A DNA stretch of 64,000 nt, from NCBI GenBank assembly GCA_963780185.1, contig CAWABA010000006.1:32001-96000 (forward strand), given 5' to 3'. Origin of the DNA: Candidatus Bathyarchaeota archaeon (GTDB lineage: Archaea > Thermoproteota > Bathyarchaeia > Bathyarchaeales > Bathycorpusculaceae). Under the pieces are notes generated by a model. It worked only from the letters and a program-made list of their open reading frames with translations, ran no database searches and was not told the DNA's origin. Shown in pieces: positions 42,602 to 52,714 of the stretch; positions within the stretch are counted from its first letter, which is position 1, and the number at the start of each line of letters is the position of its first letter. The translations under genes were made by a program, and so were the position numbers.

Positions 42602-43000
42602 ATGCGGTTCGTGGACGCAAACGTCTTCATTTATCAGTTTATTCAATCGCCTAAAGTCGATTTCGAAATTTCTGGAAAGATTCTTGACAGAATTGAAGGC
42701 GGAGAACCCACAGTTACGAGCCTGCCAGTTATTCAGGAAGTTGTCAAATGGTTAGAATACAATCAAAGACGAAAAGAAGTAAGAGCGTTCCTTGTGGTCA
42801 TCAACTCATACTTTTCAATGACGAAAATTGCCATGTCTTGGAACGATGTCATTTCATCCTCGGAAAGCATTGACAGAAGCCAAATTGGGTTCGTTGATTC
42901 TACGACTCTACAAGTGATGAAGCAACATAAGATTAGTGAAATTTACTCCAATGACAAAGATTTTGACAGAGTGGATTGGGTTAAGCGGATTTGGAAGTAA
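42602..43000 (+). CDS. vapC: VapC PIN-domain toxin
   Basis: FVDANVF, VIQEV, FVDS and YSNDKDFDRV. Confidence 0.9.
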   Translation: MRFVDANVFIYQFIQSPKVDFEISGKILDRIEGGEPTVTSLPVIQEVVKWLEYNQRRKEVRAFLVVINSYFSMTKIAMSWNDVISSSESIDRSQIGFVDSTTLQVMKQHKISEIYSNDKDFDRVDWVKRIWK

Positions 43001-43012
43001 ATTCGCAGAAGT

Positions 43013-43567
43013 TTAGGCTTTGAACCATTTGAAAATCAGGTACTGCACTTTTTCCGCGGCTAAATCGGGAACTGCGATTATGAAGCGTTTTCGCACGGTT
43101 GTGGCTAATCGTCCTGCTTTGACGATTTCAGTGGCTGACATGTCTGAGCCTGCCCTCTTGACAGAAACCATGTAGGGAGCATGTTCAACGCCTGGACCAT
43201 ACTTGTAGACGGCGAAGTCGCAGCCGAATTTGATACCTGGCGTAACAATTAAGCCGCTGCTGCGAAGGTCACGGTAAACCGCGTATTTCTCCTCAAACTC
43301 ATCGTATAACTGCTTAACTTTCTGCTTCAATTTCTTGGGGCCGACGCTTTCCTGCTCTGCTCCTTCGTAGATGGCTATTTTCTTGTTTTCTAAAAGATAG
43401 AGGCCTTCCATCAAATCCAGAATGAGCGGTGCGTCGAACTCGGGGATTTTCGGTTTAGGGATGCCGAGGGGTTTGCCGAAGTATCCTGCTTTGTAGAGTT
43501 GGGCGCCTTCTTTTGAATCCCATACAACTAAGAAGTTTTCGATGAGTTCAACTTTTATTTTAGGCAT
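43013..43567 (-). CDS. endA: tRNA-intron endonuclease, catalytic subunit
   Basis: LILDLMEGLYL, VYRDLR, PGIKFGCDFAVYKYGPGVEHAPY and GRLATTVRK (Tyr/His/Lys triad). Confidence 0.93.
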   Translation of the reverse strand: MPKIKVELIENFLVVWDSKEGAQLYKAGYFGKPLGIPKPKIPEFDAPLILDLMEGLYLLENKKIAIYEGAEQESVGPKKLKQKVKQLYDEFEEKYAVYRDLRSSGLIVTPGIKFGCDFAVYKYGPGVEHAPYMVSVKRAGSDMSATEIVKAGRLATTVRKRFIIAVPDLAAEKVQYLIFKWFKA

Positions 43568-43581
43568 CGCATTCGGCTCTT

Positions 43582-44241
43582 CTACATGATGAACGAAATC
43601 ATTCTTGCGGCGTCGGCTGCGTCTTCGGCTTTGTCAGCGGAGTTTTCCAGCAGTTGAAGGATGTCTCTTAGCAGCAGAAGCACGGGGACGTCAAGTTTGC
43701 CGTTGAGCACTTTTATGGTTAACGCCCTGTACTGGTCGTCAACTATGCGCTCCGCGATTTCTACGTCTTTGGCTTTTTCAAGGGTTTTCTGCGAGCCGTA
43801 GTTTAGAACCATCATTGTTTCCCTAAGCTTAAGGACGCTGTCTAGGACGGCTGATGACAGTTTAAGCAGGTCTTTTTTTACGTCGGAGGAGAGGCTCCAG
43901 TTATGCTCCATGATTTCCACGAGGTAGTATGCGATGCCTTCGCTGAAGTCGGCTATTTCGCTTGATAAATTGGTGAACCTTAAGAAGTCTTCGCGGGCAA
44001 TCAAGATGGCGCCTATTTCAGACAGTTCTTGAGAGACCATACGTCTTGCTTTAACAACTTCTTCCTCACCTGTTCTGATTTCAGTAAAAAGCCTGCGGAC
44101 ACCGTCTTTGTCGCCGCTTGCAAAGCACTCTACAAGCTGAGGGATTTTTCTTGAGACATCAACTACTTTTCGTAAGTTATCTTGGCAAGCATTCAATGCC
44201 CGTCTCTTTACGCGTTCTTCTGTTTCTGAAGGAAGTACCAA
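43582..44241 (-). CDS. DUF47/PhoU-like helical protein
   Basis: REDFLRF...IADFSEG, ERIVDDQYR and LENSADKAEDAAD. Confidence 0.8.
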   Translation of the reverse strand: MVLPSETEERVKRRALNACQDNLRKVVDVSRKIPQLVECFASGDKDGVRRLFTEIRTGEEEVVKARRMVSQELSEIGAILIAREDFLRFTNLSSEIADFSEGIAYYLVEIMEHNWSLSSDVKKDLLKLSSAVLDSVLKLRETMMVLNYGSQKTLEKAKDVEIAERIVDDQYRALTIKVLNGKLDVPVLLLLRDILQLLENSADKAEDAADAARMISFIM

Positions 44242-44314
44242 CGTTTCGCCCCGCCAATAATTGTCCCGAATTTACGATGTAAGTAATTCTGTGTCCATTA
44301 AAAAAGGTAGCTGA

Positions 44315-46091
44315 TTAACTTTCGATTGCGGTGCCTAAATCTTTGAAGTTTATTTTTCCTTGGAAGTAGCAGTGAAGAAGTTCAGGCAAATCTTTAATTG
44401 CCGTCCGCACCTGCAGCCAACTATCTCTATCCCTCACAGTCACGGTTTCTTTCTCCAAAGTTTCGTAGTCGATGGTTATTCCCAGCTGCACACCTGCCTC
44501 GTCTGCCCTCGCGTAGCGTCTGCCGATGGAGCCTGCCTCATCTAAATCCGTCATGAAACCCTCGTTCGCCAGCAGCCTCTGCACTTGAACTGCTTTCGTG
44601 TCCAAGCCATCTTTGCTCATCAACGGGTAAACGCCAACCTGAATCGGCGCAATGGTCCTTGGAAAACTCATGACAACCCTGTCTTCTTTTATGCCGTACG
44701 CATACTCCAACGCGACATAGAAGAGTCTGTCTGAGCCGAAGCTGGGTTCCACCACGTGCGGTATGAATCGTGTGCCGCGGACAATGGTTTTTTGAACTGC
44801 CGATGTCGACTTGGTCAGGTTTGATTTCGTAGTTTTCAACCGCGAAGAAACCTTGATTCTTCATGGCGTCGGCTACTTCCTGAGCGGGAGCGTTAGCGAG
44901 TAGGGCGGCGACTTTTGCGGCTTCTCCCTTGTAGACGGGACCAAGCTTTGCCATTATGGGTTTGACAACAAGCATTTCCTTCTCTACGGGGTTAGCGTAT
45001 TCTTTGTAGACGGTCATGTCTACGCCGCTTGCTTGCATGTGGCATTTTAAATCGTAGTCTGTTCGGTAAGCGTGACCTGAGACTTCTACCCAACCCCAAC
45101 GGTCAACGAGCACTTCCTGGTCGAAGCTTTGGCTTGAATAATGGGCTTTTTCCCAATTTAATTTTTCAATGAACCGCTGCTTCTCCGCTGGAACCCCAAG
45201 GTCCACCAAGAGCTTTTTCGCCATCGCCATGAAGAACGCTTGCCACTCGCTGCGGATTACTTTGCGGTCAAGTGCCTCCCGAACCGTCATGTTCGTGGTG
45301 TCTTCGCATTCTTTGAGTCTGGTTTCGCAGAGCAGAATAGGCAACACTTCGTTTTCTACTTCTGAAAGCCTATAGCACGCTGGCTCTTCAGGGTCAAAGA
45401 AAAACTCTAAGTCTGAAATAGTGAATTCCCTAAGCCTAATCAATCCCTGTCGGGGCGAAATCTCGTTGCGCAGTGCGTGACCAATATTTATGACGCCGAA
45501 GGGAAGCTTTTCCCGTGCGCCAGTGTAGAGGCGGTTGAATTCGACGAAGATGTTCTGTGCAGCTTCAGGTCTTCCGTAACCGACGGAACCCGAGTATGGG
45601 CCGATGGTGGTTTCGAACATGGTTAAGTAACGTTGGGGTTCGCCGAATTTGCCGCTGCAATCGGGGCAAACTATCTCGTGGCGCTCGATTTCTTTTTTGA
45701 TTTCGTCTAAATTCATTTTTTCTGCTTCTGCGGAGCTTATGCCTTTTTCTTCCAGCAGATGGTCAGCTCGGAAACGGGTATGACAGTTTTGGCACTCAAC
45801 CATCGGCTCTTTGAAGTGGTCCACGTGACCTGAGGCTTCAAAAACTTTCGCTGGTGCAATAATGGATGACTCCATTTCGTAAATGCCAATTTTCTTGACG
45901 AAAAGCTCTCTAAGCTTGGCTTCAACATTCTGTTTCAGTCTGGCGCCTAGCGGTCCGTAGGTTACGAAGCCGCCGCTTCCGCCGTAAATTTCGAAGGATG
46001 GCCAGAAAAATCCTCTGCGACGTGCCAACTCGTTGATGGCTGTGAATTTGTCGCATTCTGGTTTTGAACATTTAACTTCGTCTTTGCTCAA
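44315..46091 (-). CDS. glyS: Glycine--tRNA ligase (archaeal/eukaryal alpha2 type), frameshift near 44790
   Basis: RRGFFWPSFEIYGG, ASGHVDHF, RPEAAQ, RNEISPRQGLIRLREF, PHVVEPSFGSDR and GSIGRRYARADE. Confidence 0.95.
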
Positions 46092-46299
46092 CTGTCTTTA
46101 CCTTTTTTTAGCTATTGTAGCAAGTAGATTAAAAGGTTACTAGCAGTTAACCTTGGTTATTCAAGCGATAGACTGGAGAATTTCTGAAAACTTTAGTCAA
46201 GCTTCTCTAAACCGAATTAGCATATGAACTCATGATATGGAGTTTTGAGTTTAATTGCAAGTCCACAAACTAAATTAGCCACTGATAGCTTTACATTGA

Positions 46300-48201
46300 T
46301 TGTGCCGCTACGGCGATTTAGACCAACTTCCAAGGGGCGATTTGAAAATGGCTCCTACATATGACCGCATACTTATTTTGCAGGTTGACGATGACTTGTC
46401 CATCATAGATTTTTCGAAGCAGATTTTAATGGATATGGGTAGCTTCGATGTTGACCATGCATGTTGTGTTGATGAAGCTTTCAAAAAACTGGCAATTAGA
46501 CATTATGATGTTGTTGTTTCTGACTATGAACTGCCACAGAAAGATGGACTGCAATTCCTAAAGGAGTTGCGTGAACAAAAAAACGAAACCCCTTTCATAT
46601 TATTTACTGGGAAAGGCAGAGAAGAAGTAGCCATAAAAGCGCTAAACCTTGGTGCTGACGGCTACGTAAACAAACAAGGCACCCCCGAAATAATCTACGG
46701 CGAACTATCACATACCATAAGACAAGTAGTTGAACACAATAAGACAAAAAAAGAGTTGCGAGAACGAGATATCCGATTGGCGAAGCTGGCTTCTCAAATA
46801 CCCGGAATGCTATACCAATTGATGAGGCGACCTGATGGCACATACTGCGTACCTTACGCCTCTGCTGCCATACGTAACCTTTTTGGTTGTTCACCACAAG
46901 ATGTGCGCGAGGACTTTTCCCCAATTGTCCGAGTAATAGTCTCTGAAGATTTGGATCGCGTAGTTCGTTCCATTGATCATTCTGCTATGCACATGACGAT
47001 TTGGCAATGTGAGTTTCGCGTGCAACTTCCTGGTCAGCAAATCCATTGGATATGGGGACAGTCTACACCGGAGAGACTGGGCGATGGCAGCATTATCTGG
47101 AATGGCTACAATACAGACATTAGTGAACGCAAAAAAATTGAAGAGGCACTGAAAATGGCTGCAAATATTTTTGATTTAGATACAGACTTGATTTTTGTTC
47201 ATGATACAGAAGGAGACATTGTCAACTTCAACGAGGCAGCTTACACGTTGGGCGGCTATACCATGGACGAAATGGCAAAAATGAATGTTCGCGACTTAAA
47301 TGCACCTGACTCTGCTGCTCTATTTGAGTCTGTGGTCAAGCTGTTGCTTGAGACAGGCAGCGCAGTTTACGACTCTATTTATGTACGCAAAGACAAAACC
47401 TTGTTGCCGACAGAAATCCATGCCCGCACATTTGATTCGGAAGGAAAAAAACTAATCCTTAGCGTAGCCAGAGACATCACTGAACGCAAAAAAGCTGAAG
47501 AAAAATTGAACCAGATGATGGATCAATTGGTGTTGGTTAATGAAAAACTGGGGGTTGTGGGCGAAATGACTAGGCATGATGCTCGCAACAAGCTTTCAGC
47601 GGTGACTGGATATTCGTATTTGATCAAGAAGAAACATGCGGATCAAGCAGATATTCTTGAGGGACTTGGAAAAATGGAGCAGGCTGTTAAGGAAATTTCG
47701 AACATTTTTGACTTCGCCAAAATGTACGAGCAGATAGGCGTGGAAGAACTAACTTACATCGATGTTGAAGAGACACTAAACGATGCGGTAGCCCTCTTTT
47801 CGGGGCCTATTCCAAAAGTAATAAATGAATGCCAAGGATTAATGGTTCTTTCAGATTCTTTTCTGAGGCAGATGTTCTTCAATTTGATTGAAGACACGAG
47901 AAAATACGGCAGAAAGACCACGACAATACGGGTATATTTTGAGAAAGCTGAGTCAGGTAAGTTGCAGCTTATTTACACAGACGATGGTGTCGGCATTTCT
48001 GCGGAGAATAAACCGAGGCTTTTCACAGAGGGATACAGCACCGGAGGCAGCACAGGCTTCGGTTTGTTTTTAATAAAAAAGATGACCGAAATTTATGGCT
48101 GGAACATTCAAGAAACTGGAGAACCTGAAAAAGGCGCGAAATTCACTATAACTATCCCCAAAATAAACAAAAATGGAAAAGAAGGGTACAAAATTGAGTA
48201 A
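46300..48201 (+). CDS. Cytoplasmic hybrid sensor kinase REC-PAS-PAS-HisKA-HATPase
   Basis: VDDD/VSDYELP/FTGKG (REC); DISERKK and RDITERKK (PAC); RHDARNKL (H-box); DDGVGI and GTGFGLFL. Confidence 0.9.
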   Translation: MCRYGDLDQLPRGDLKMAPTYDRILILQVDDDLSIIDFSKQILMDMGSFDVDHACCVDEAFKKLAIRHYDVVVSDYELPQKDGLQFLKELREQKNETPFILFTGKGREEVAIKALNLGADGYVNKQGTPEIIYGELSHTIRQVVEHNKTKKELRERDIRLAKLASQIPGMLYQLMRRPDGTYCVPYASAAIRNLFGCSPQDVREDFSPIVRVIVSEDLDRVVRSIDHSAMHMTIWQCEFRVQLPGQQIHWIWGQSTPERLGDGSIIWNGYNTDISERKKIEEALKMAANIFDLDTDLIFVHDTEGDIVNFNEAAYTLGGYTMDEMAKMNVRDLNAPDSAALFESVVKLLLETGSAVYDSIYVRKDKTLLPTEIHARTFDSEGKKLILSVARDITERKKAEEKLNQMMDQLVLVNEKLGVVGEMTRHDARNKLSAVTGYSYLIKKKHADQADILEGLGKMEQAVKEISNIFDFAKMYEQIGVEELTYIDVEETLNDAVALFSGPIPKVINECQGLMVLSDSFLRQMFFNLIEDTRKYGRKTTTIRVYFEKAESGKLQLIYTDDGVGISAENKPRLFTEGYSTGGSTGFGLFLIKKMTEIYGWNIQETGEPEKGAKFTITIPKINKNGKEGYKIE

Positions 48202-48329
48202 CGAAATAATTCCTAAAAGCGAGCGAGATCGCATTTTATTCTCAATTGGTCTTCCTATTTCGCTAAAGAATTATTATTTTGTTTTGTCATTATTTTGCTG
48301 TAACCAAAAGACTGGAAAGAGGGTTTTAA

Positions 48330-49346
48330 TTGCCAAATAACGTGCTTATTGTTGATGATGATGCAGAAGTAAGAACTTTGCTCACTTCAATTCTGAAAGA
48401 TGAAGGATATTCAGTTGACGCTGTGGAAAATGGCCAAAACGCTGTCGAAACCTGCAAGAAATTGCAATTTGACGCTGCCCTTATAGATATCGACCTGCCG
48501 GATATGAAAGGAATTCAACTGCTTAGCATACTGAAAAAGATTCAGCCTAGCATGGTCAAAATAATCATCACAGGTCACCCTTCAATTGAAAACGCTGTGA
48601 AAGCAGTTAACGAAAAAGCCGACGGATATTTATTGAAGCCTTTCGATGCAGTCGAATTGCTGGAAACAATAAAAGAACTCATTGCAGAGAAAAATAAAGA
48701 GACCAGTAGGATGAACATTCTTTTCATGGGTGCGCACCCTGATGATGTTGAACTTGGATGCGGTGGCACATTAATCAAGCATGTACAAAACGGCAATAAA
48801 GTGTATGTCTTGGTTTTTACGGATGGCGAAGAAGGAAAAGGCGGAAATTGTGGATTGGACAGAATTCAGGAAAGCACTCAAGCTCTTACATATGCAGGTG
48901 TACCGTTAACTAATATAAAATTTTTACATTTTCCAGATACGGGCTTGTGGCAGGAACGACAAAAAGTAATGAACGCAATAACCGATGTCTGCGAAGAATT
49001 TCAAATACAAATCGTCTACACACATTCTAACAAGGCGTATCATCAAGATCATGTAACTATCTACGACGAGACTATGAGAGGCGCCAAGAAAGCAACGGGC
49101 ATACTGGCTTACGAAACTCATGGGGGTATGAATCCCTTCTTTTCACCCACATTCTTTGTTGATATAGGCGATGTTATAGATAAAAAAATCGCGATGCTTA
49201 AGTTTCATCAGTCACAAATTTCCAAAAACTACCTTAATGTTGAATCCGTTATAGCCCTTGCACAATTTAGATCCTCGCAATCCGAAGAATTTCATTACGC
49301 AGAAGCCTTCGAAGTAATCAAAATGAGCGCGCAGTGGGGATGGTAG
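48330..49346 (+). CDS. Response-regulator receiver domain fused to PIG-L/LmbE de-N-acetylase
   Basis: REC motifs VDDD, DIDLPD, IITG and LLKP. PIG-L motifs GAHPDDVELGCGGT, HQDH, HQSQ and AEAF. Confidence 0.85.
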   Translation: MPNNVLIVDDDAEVRTLLTSILKDEGYSVDAVENGQNAVETCKKLQFDAALIDIDLPDMKGIQLLSILKKIQPSMVKIIITGHPSIENAVKAVNEKADGYLLKPFDAVELLETIKELIAEKNKETSRMNILFMGAHPDDVELGCGGTLIKHVQNGNKVYVLVFTDGEEGKGGNCGLDRIQESTQALTYAGVPLTNIKFLHFPDTGLWQERQKVMNAITDVCEEFQIQIVYTHSNKAYHQDHVTIYDETMRGAKKATGILAYETHGGMNPFFSPTFFVDIGDVIDKKIAMLKFHQSQISKNYLNVESVIALAQFRSSQSEEFHYAEAFEVIKMSAQWGW

Positions 49347-49350
49347 CAAA

Positions 49351-50301
49351 ATGAAGATCTTGGTTACCGGCGCGGGGGGACCCGCAGGTGTGTGCACAAT
49401 AAAAGCTTTGAAGAAAACGCATTTTGTTGTGGCTGTTGATGTGGATAACCTTGCTTCTGGCTTATATCTTGCAAAACACGCACACATAGTTCCTCCTGCA
49501 AACGACAAAGAATTCCTCTCCAAGACTTTAGAAGTGTGCCGTAAAGAAAAAATTTCTTTGGTTATTCCAACAGTCAGCGAAGAATTGATACATTTTTCAA
49601 AAAACATCGAACTTTTCGAGCAGGAAAACATCCGAGTTGCTGTTTCAAACCCAAAATCTATTGAAATCGCAAATAACAAACTGAATACCTATAACTTTTT
49701 TAAGGGTGAACCTTACTGCCCAGAAGTATTCTCCGTTCTGAATGCAAGATTCCCATGCGTGGTTAAACCGGTTAACTCAAGAGGTTCTCGCGGATTCTAT
49801 ATTTGCGATAACAAGGCTGCTTTGGAGGTAGCATTACAGAAAAACGGAAGAGAATATCAAGAATCCATTGTTATGGAATACTTGAAAGGGGATGAGTACT
49901 CCGTTTACGGGTTATCGGATTTGAAGGGTCAACCATTGGTTTCAGTTGCAAATAAGAGAATTAGAGCTGTAGGCGAATCAAAAATAGCGAAAACCGTTTT
50001 AAACCTCGAAATCAGCAAATTAGCAAATAAAATTGCACAGAAGCTAAATTTAGTTGGACCGTGGAATGTGCAACTAATGGGTTTTGAGGGTTCGTTCAAA
50101 CTTGTTGAAGTTAACCCGAGGGTTGCCGGTTCCTTGTCGTTGGTTATTGCGTCTGGTCTGAACTACATCGATTTAGTGATAAAAGTTTTCACTGGAGAAA
50201 AAATCTGTAACGATGAGCTCAAGTACACTCCTGACATCATAATGACTAGGTACAACGAGGAAATATTTCTAAAATCTGACGCGGTTATCCCTCTTGTTTG
50301 A
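49351..50301 (+). CDS. ATP-grasp protein (CarB-like amide ligase)
   Basis: ILVTGAGGPAG, VVKPVNSRGSRG, MEYLKGDEYSV, NVQ and EVNPRVAG. Confidence 0.88.
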   Translation: MKILVTGAGGPAGVCTIKALKKTHFVVAVDVDNLASGLYLAKHAHIVPPANDKEFLSKTLEVCRKEKISLVIPTVSEELIHFSKNIELFEQENIRVAVSNPKSIEIANNKLNTYNFFKGEPYCPEVFSVLNARFPCVVKPVNSRGSRGFYICDNKAALEVALQKNGREYQESIVMEYLKGDEYSVYGLSDLKGQPLVSVANKRIRAVGESKIAKTVLNLEISKLANKIAQKLNLVGPWNVQLMGFEGSFKLVEVNPRVAGSLSLVIASGLNYIDLVIKVFTGEKICNDELKYTPDIIMTRYNEEIFLKSDAVIPLV

Positions 50302-51736
50302 CATAATCATAAACTCATTGTTATTTTTAGGTTACATAGTAATCATCCTTTTGTTATTTTTAATGTGTTTAGCACCTTTGAATAAGCTAAGGTACAGAAA
50401 TTTCAAGCCTGATAAGTCGTATGAACCAACGTTTTCATTAATAGTGCCTGCTCACAACGAAGAAGATGTAATAGCAAGGACAATAGAACAGTTTCTAAAA
50501 ACAGATTACCCGTCAGATAAAAAAGAAATTATAGTAGTAAACGACGGTTCAAAAGATAGGACTCAGGAAATCGTACAAAAATACGCATCAAAAATTATAG
50601 ATTCAGATACTGGTAACATTCAAATGGCGAATTCTAATTTTAAAAATGTCATACTAGTTAATCGAAAAGTGGGCGGGAAGGGGAAAGCTTACGTTGTGAA
50701 TGATGGAAGAAAATATTCGTGTGGAGAAATACTGTTTTTTATAGATGCTGATGTTCAGCTTACTGAAAATGTTTTCAGCATTGCCGCCGGACATTTTAGT
50801 AACGGAAAAGTTGGGGCTGTCGCTGGATATGTCGAAGTTTCCGAGAAAAAGGCGATATTGAATAAATTCGTTGACTTCGAATCCGCAACGGCTCAAAAAA
50901 TCACGAGGCGAGGATTTGATACAATAGGCGTTCATTACATCATACCTGGCGGCTGTGCTATCTTCCGAAAAGAAGTTGTAGACCAGGTTGGAGGTTATCA
51001 ACACGATACCCTGGCTGAAGACACTGATATCACTTGGAGAATTGCAACTGAAACAAAAGTAGACATTCATTTTGACCCTTCTATAGTTGTCATAGCTGAT
51101 GAACCAACAACATTTATGGGCTTATGGAATCAGAGGGTCAGGTGGGCAAGAGGAAATATTAGCGTCACACTTAAGCATAAAAATAAAATAGGTAAACGAA
51201 GATTTGGAAAAGCTGCAACCATCGGATACCCCTTTTGGCTAGCTATCGTAGCTGCGCCCCTTGCTTTCATTTTCACATCGTTGGGCTTGATTCTTGGAAT
51301 TTTATTAAACGTCAATATGACATTAATTTCAACATTAGGCAGATTTGTACCATTTGCGTTCTTGGGCACTTTAATTGGCGGCATAGCTGTAAACAAGGGC
51401 AAATCATGGTTTGGTGGGTTCATGTCTCCCGGCGTGCCCCTTTTAATTGCTTTGTTTTCTAATTTATTTTATTCTGATGGCATCAAAGGATTATTGACTA
51501 CTTTTGGTTATGCTTCCTACGCAAGCCTTGTTGGCCTTTTGTTTGTTTTCTGGATTTTTTTATCTGTGCCGGGCACTTGGCTTTCATTGAGGATATCAAA
51601 GAAGCATCCGAAGTTGGCTGATTTTCTGCAACTTGGGCTTTTCGGCTATTGGATACTGCTAATCTCAAGTGTTTTATATGGCTATTTTAAGGAGCTAAGA
51701 AGAGAGGACATGGTATGGATAAGGACTGAAAGGTGA
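50294..51736 (+). CDS. Processive GT2 glycosyltransferase (PgaC/IcaA/BcsA-like)
   Basis: PAHNEE, VNDGSKD, FIDAD, AEDTD, QRVRWARG and C-terminal TM helices. Confidence 0.9.
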   Translation: MFDIIINSLLFLGYIVIILLLFLMCLAPLNKLRYRNFKPDKSYEPTFSLIVPAHNEEDVIARTIEQFLKTDYPSDKKEIIVVNDGSKDRTQEIVQKYASKIIDSDTGNIQMANSNFKNVILVNRKVGGKGKAYVVNDGRKYSCGEILFFIDADVQLTENVFSIAAGHFSNGKVGAVAGYVEVSEKKAILNKFVDFESATAQKITRRGFDTIGVHYIIPGGCAIFRKEVVDQVGGYQHDTLAEDTDITWRIATETKVDIHFDPSIVVIADEPTTFMGLWNQRVRWARGNISVTLKHKNKIGKRRFGKAATIGYPFWLAIVAAPLAFIFTSLGLILGILLNVNMTLISTLGRFVPFAFLGTLIGGIAVNKGKSWFGGFMSPGVPLLIALFSNLFYSDGIKGLLTTFGYASYASLVGLLFVFWIFLSVPGTWLSLRISKKHPKLADFLQLGLFGYWILLISSVLYGYFKELRREDMVWIRTER

Positions 51737-51740
51737 CCAA

Positions 51741-52307
51741 ATGGACGATTATCATATCCACACCAAAGTTACGGATGGCAAGGCTGCTCCTGAGGACATT
51801 ATAAAGATGGCAAAGTTGCTTAATGTAAAAACGATTGCGTTTACTGAGCACATTTCGAAGAATCCTACTTATGACTGGTTTGCCTTCAAAGAAGAAATAA
51901 CCACCCTTAACCATGCTGGAGTAGAGGTGCTGGTTGGTGTAGAAGCAAAGGTCTTGAATGAAGCTGGCGACCTAAATGTGAACGATGACGTGATGCGGTC
52001 AGCTGACATAGTACTGGGTGCATGCCACGGCGAGGGCAAAGTAGAATGGCTTCTAAAATCCACGTGCGATATTATAGCACACCCTCAGATAGATCATGCC
52101 AACATCGAAAAATTCATAAATTGTAAGAAAACTTTGGAAATTAACTCAAAACACAGGCTTCCCTTTGATATCTTAGACAAGTTAATTGTAGATACAAAGA
52201 ACGTTTTCTCATTCGGGTCAGATACACATAGTATCGAAGATTTTGTTGCTGCCCAAAACTATTTTGCGAACATAATAAAGAGATACCCTAAAATTAACCT
52301 TGTTTGA
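51741..52307 (+). CDS. PHP-domain phosphoesterase
   Basis: DYHIHT...DG, FTEH, GVEAK, IAHP, EIN and GSDTH. Confidence 0.85.
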   Translation: MDDYHIHTKVTDGKAAPEDIIKMAKLLNVKTIAFTEHISKNPTYDWFAFKEEITTLNHAGVEVLVGVEAKVLNEAGDLNVNDDVMRSADIVLGACHGEGKVEWLLKSTCDIIAHPQIDHANIEKFINCKKTLEINSKHRLPFDILDKLIVDTKNVFSFGSDTHSIEDFVAAQNYFANIIKRYPKINLV

Positions 52308-52552
52308 CGCCATTTTTCGATGTTTTCCCTACAAACTCACTAATTTCACATTGAAAAAACACCCCTAAGCATGTTGAAAAGCGCCATTTCCACATAGAAA
52401 GTGCGGGTAGCAAATGTATGTTGAAGTATGTTGTTTCATAGTTGGTGCCTATTAGGTGCATCTAGTTGACCGGGAGGGTGAGGTTGCATTCAAACGCAAA
52501 CGGGGTCGGATGCTGTTTTTATGTGTCTATTTGGCTCATCTTAGATGTCCCT

Positions 52553-52580
52553 ATTTGGATCATCTAGAAAACCGTAGAGG
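52553..52580 (+). repeat. Dispersed repeat copy 2
   Basis: 21 bp identical to 36166-36186; preceded by an imperfect tandem copy CTATTTGGCTCATCTTAGA. Confidence 0.8.
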
Positions 52581-52714
52581 GGCCGGGTACAAAAAAGGAA
52601 AACCGTACAGCCAGAGATATCCATTTTTTCGAAGTCATAAACCCTTTAATTTGTTCCGTGGAAACGCTTAAAACCATCTAATCGTATTTAGCGGTTGAAC
52701 AGGAGAAATGTGTT

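Noticed and set aside
44315-46091. Split glyS as programmed frameshifting or a pseudogene
   Set aside because: The gene is essential with intact motifs, and similar indels occur window-wide; sequencing error is more parsimonious.
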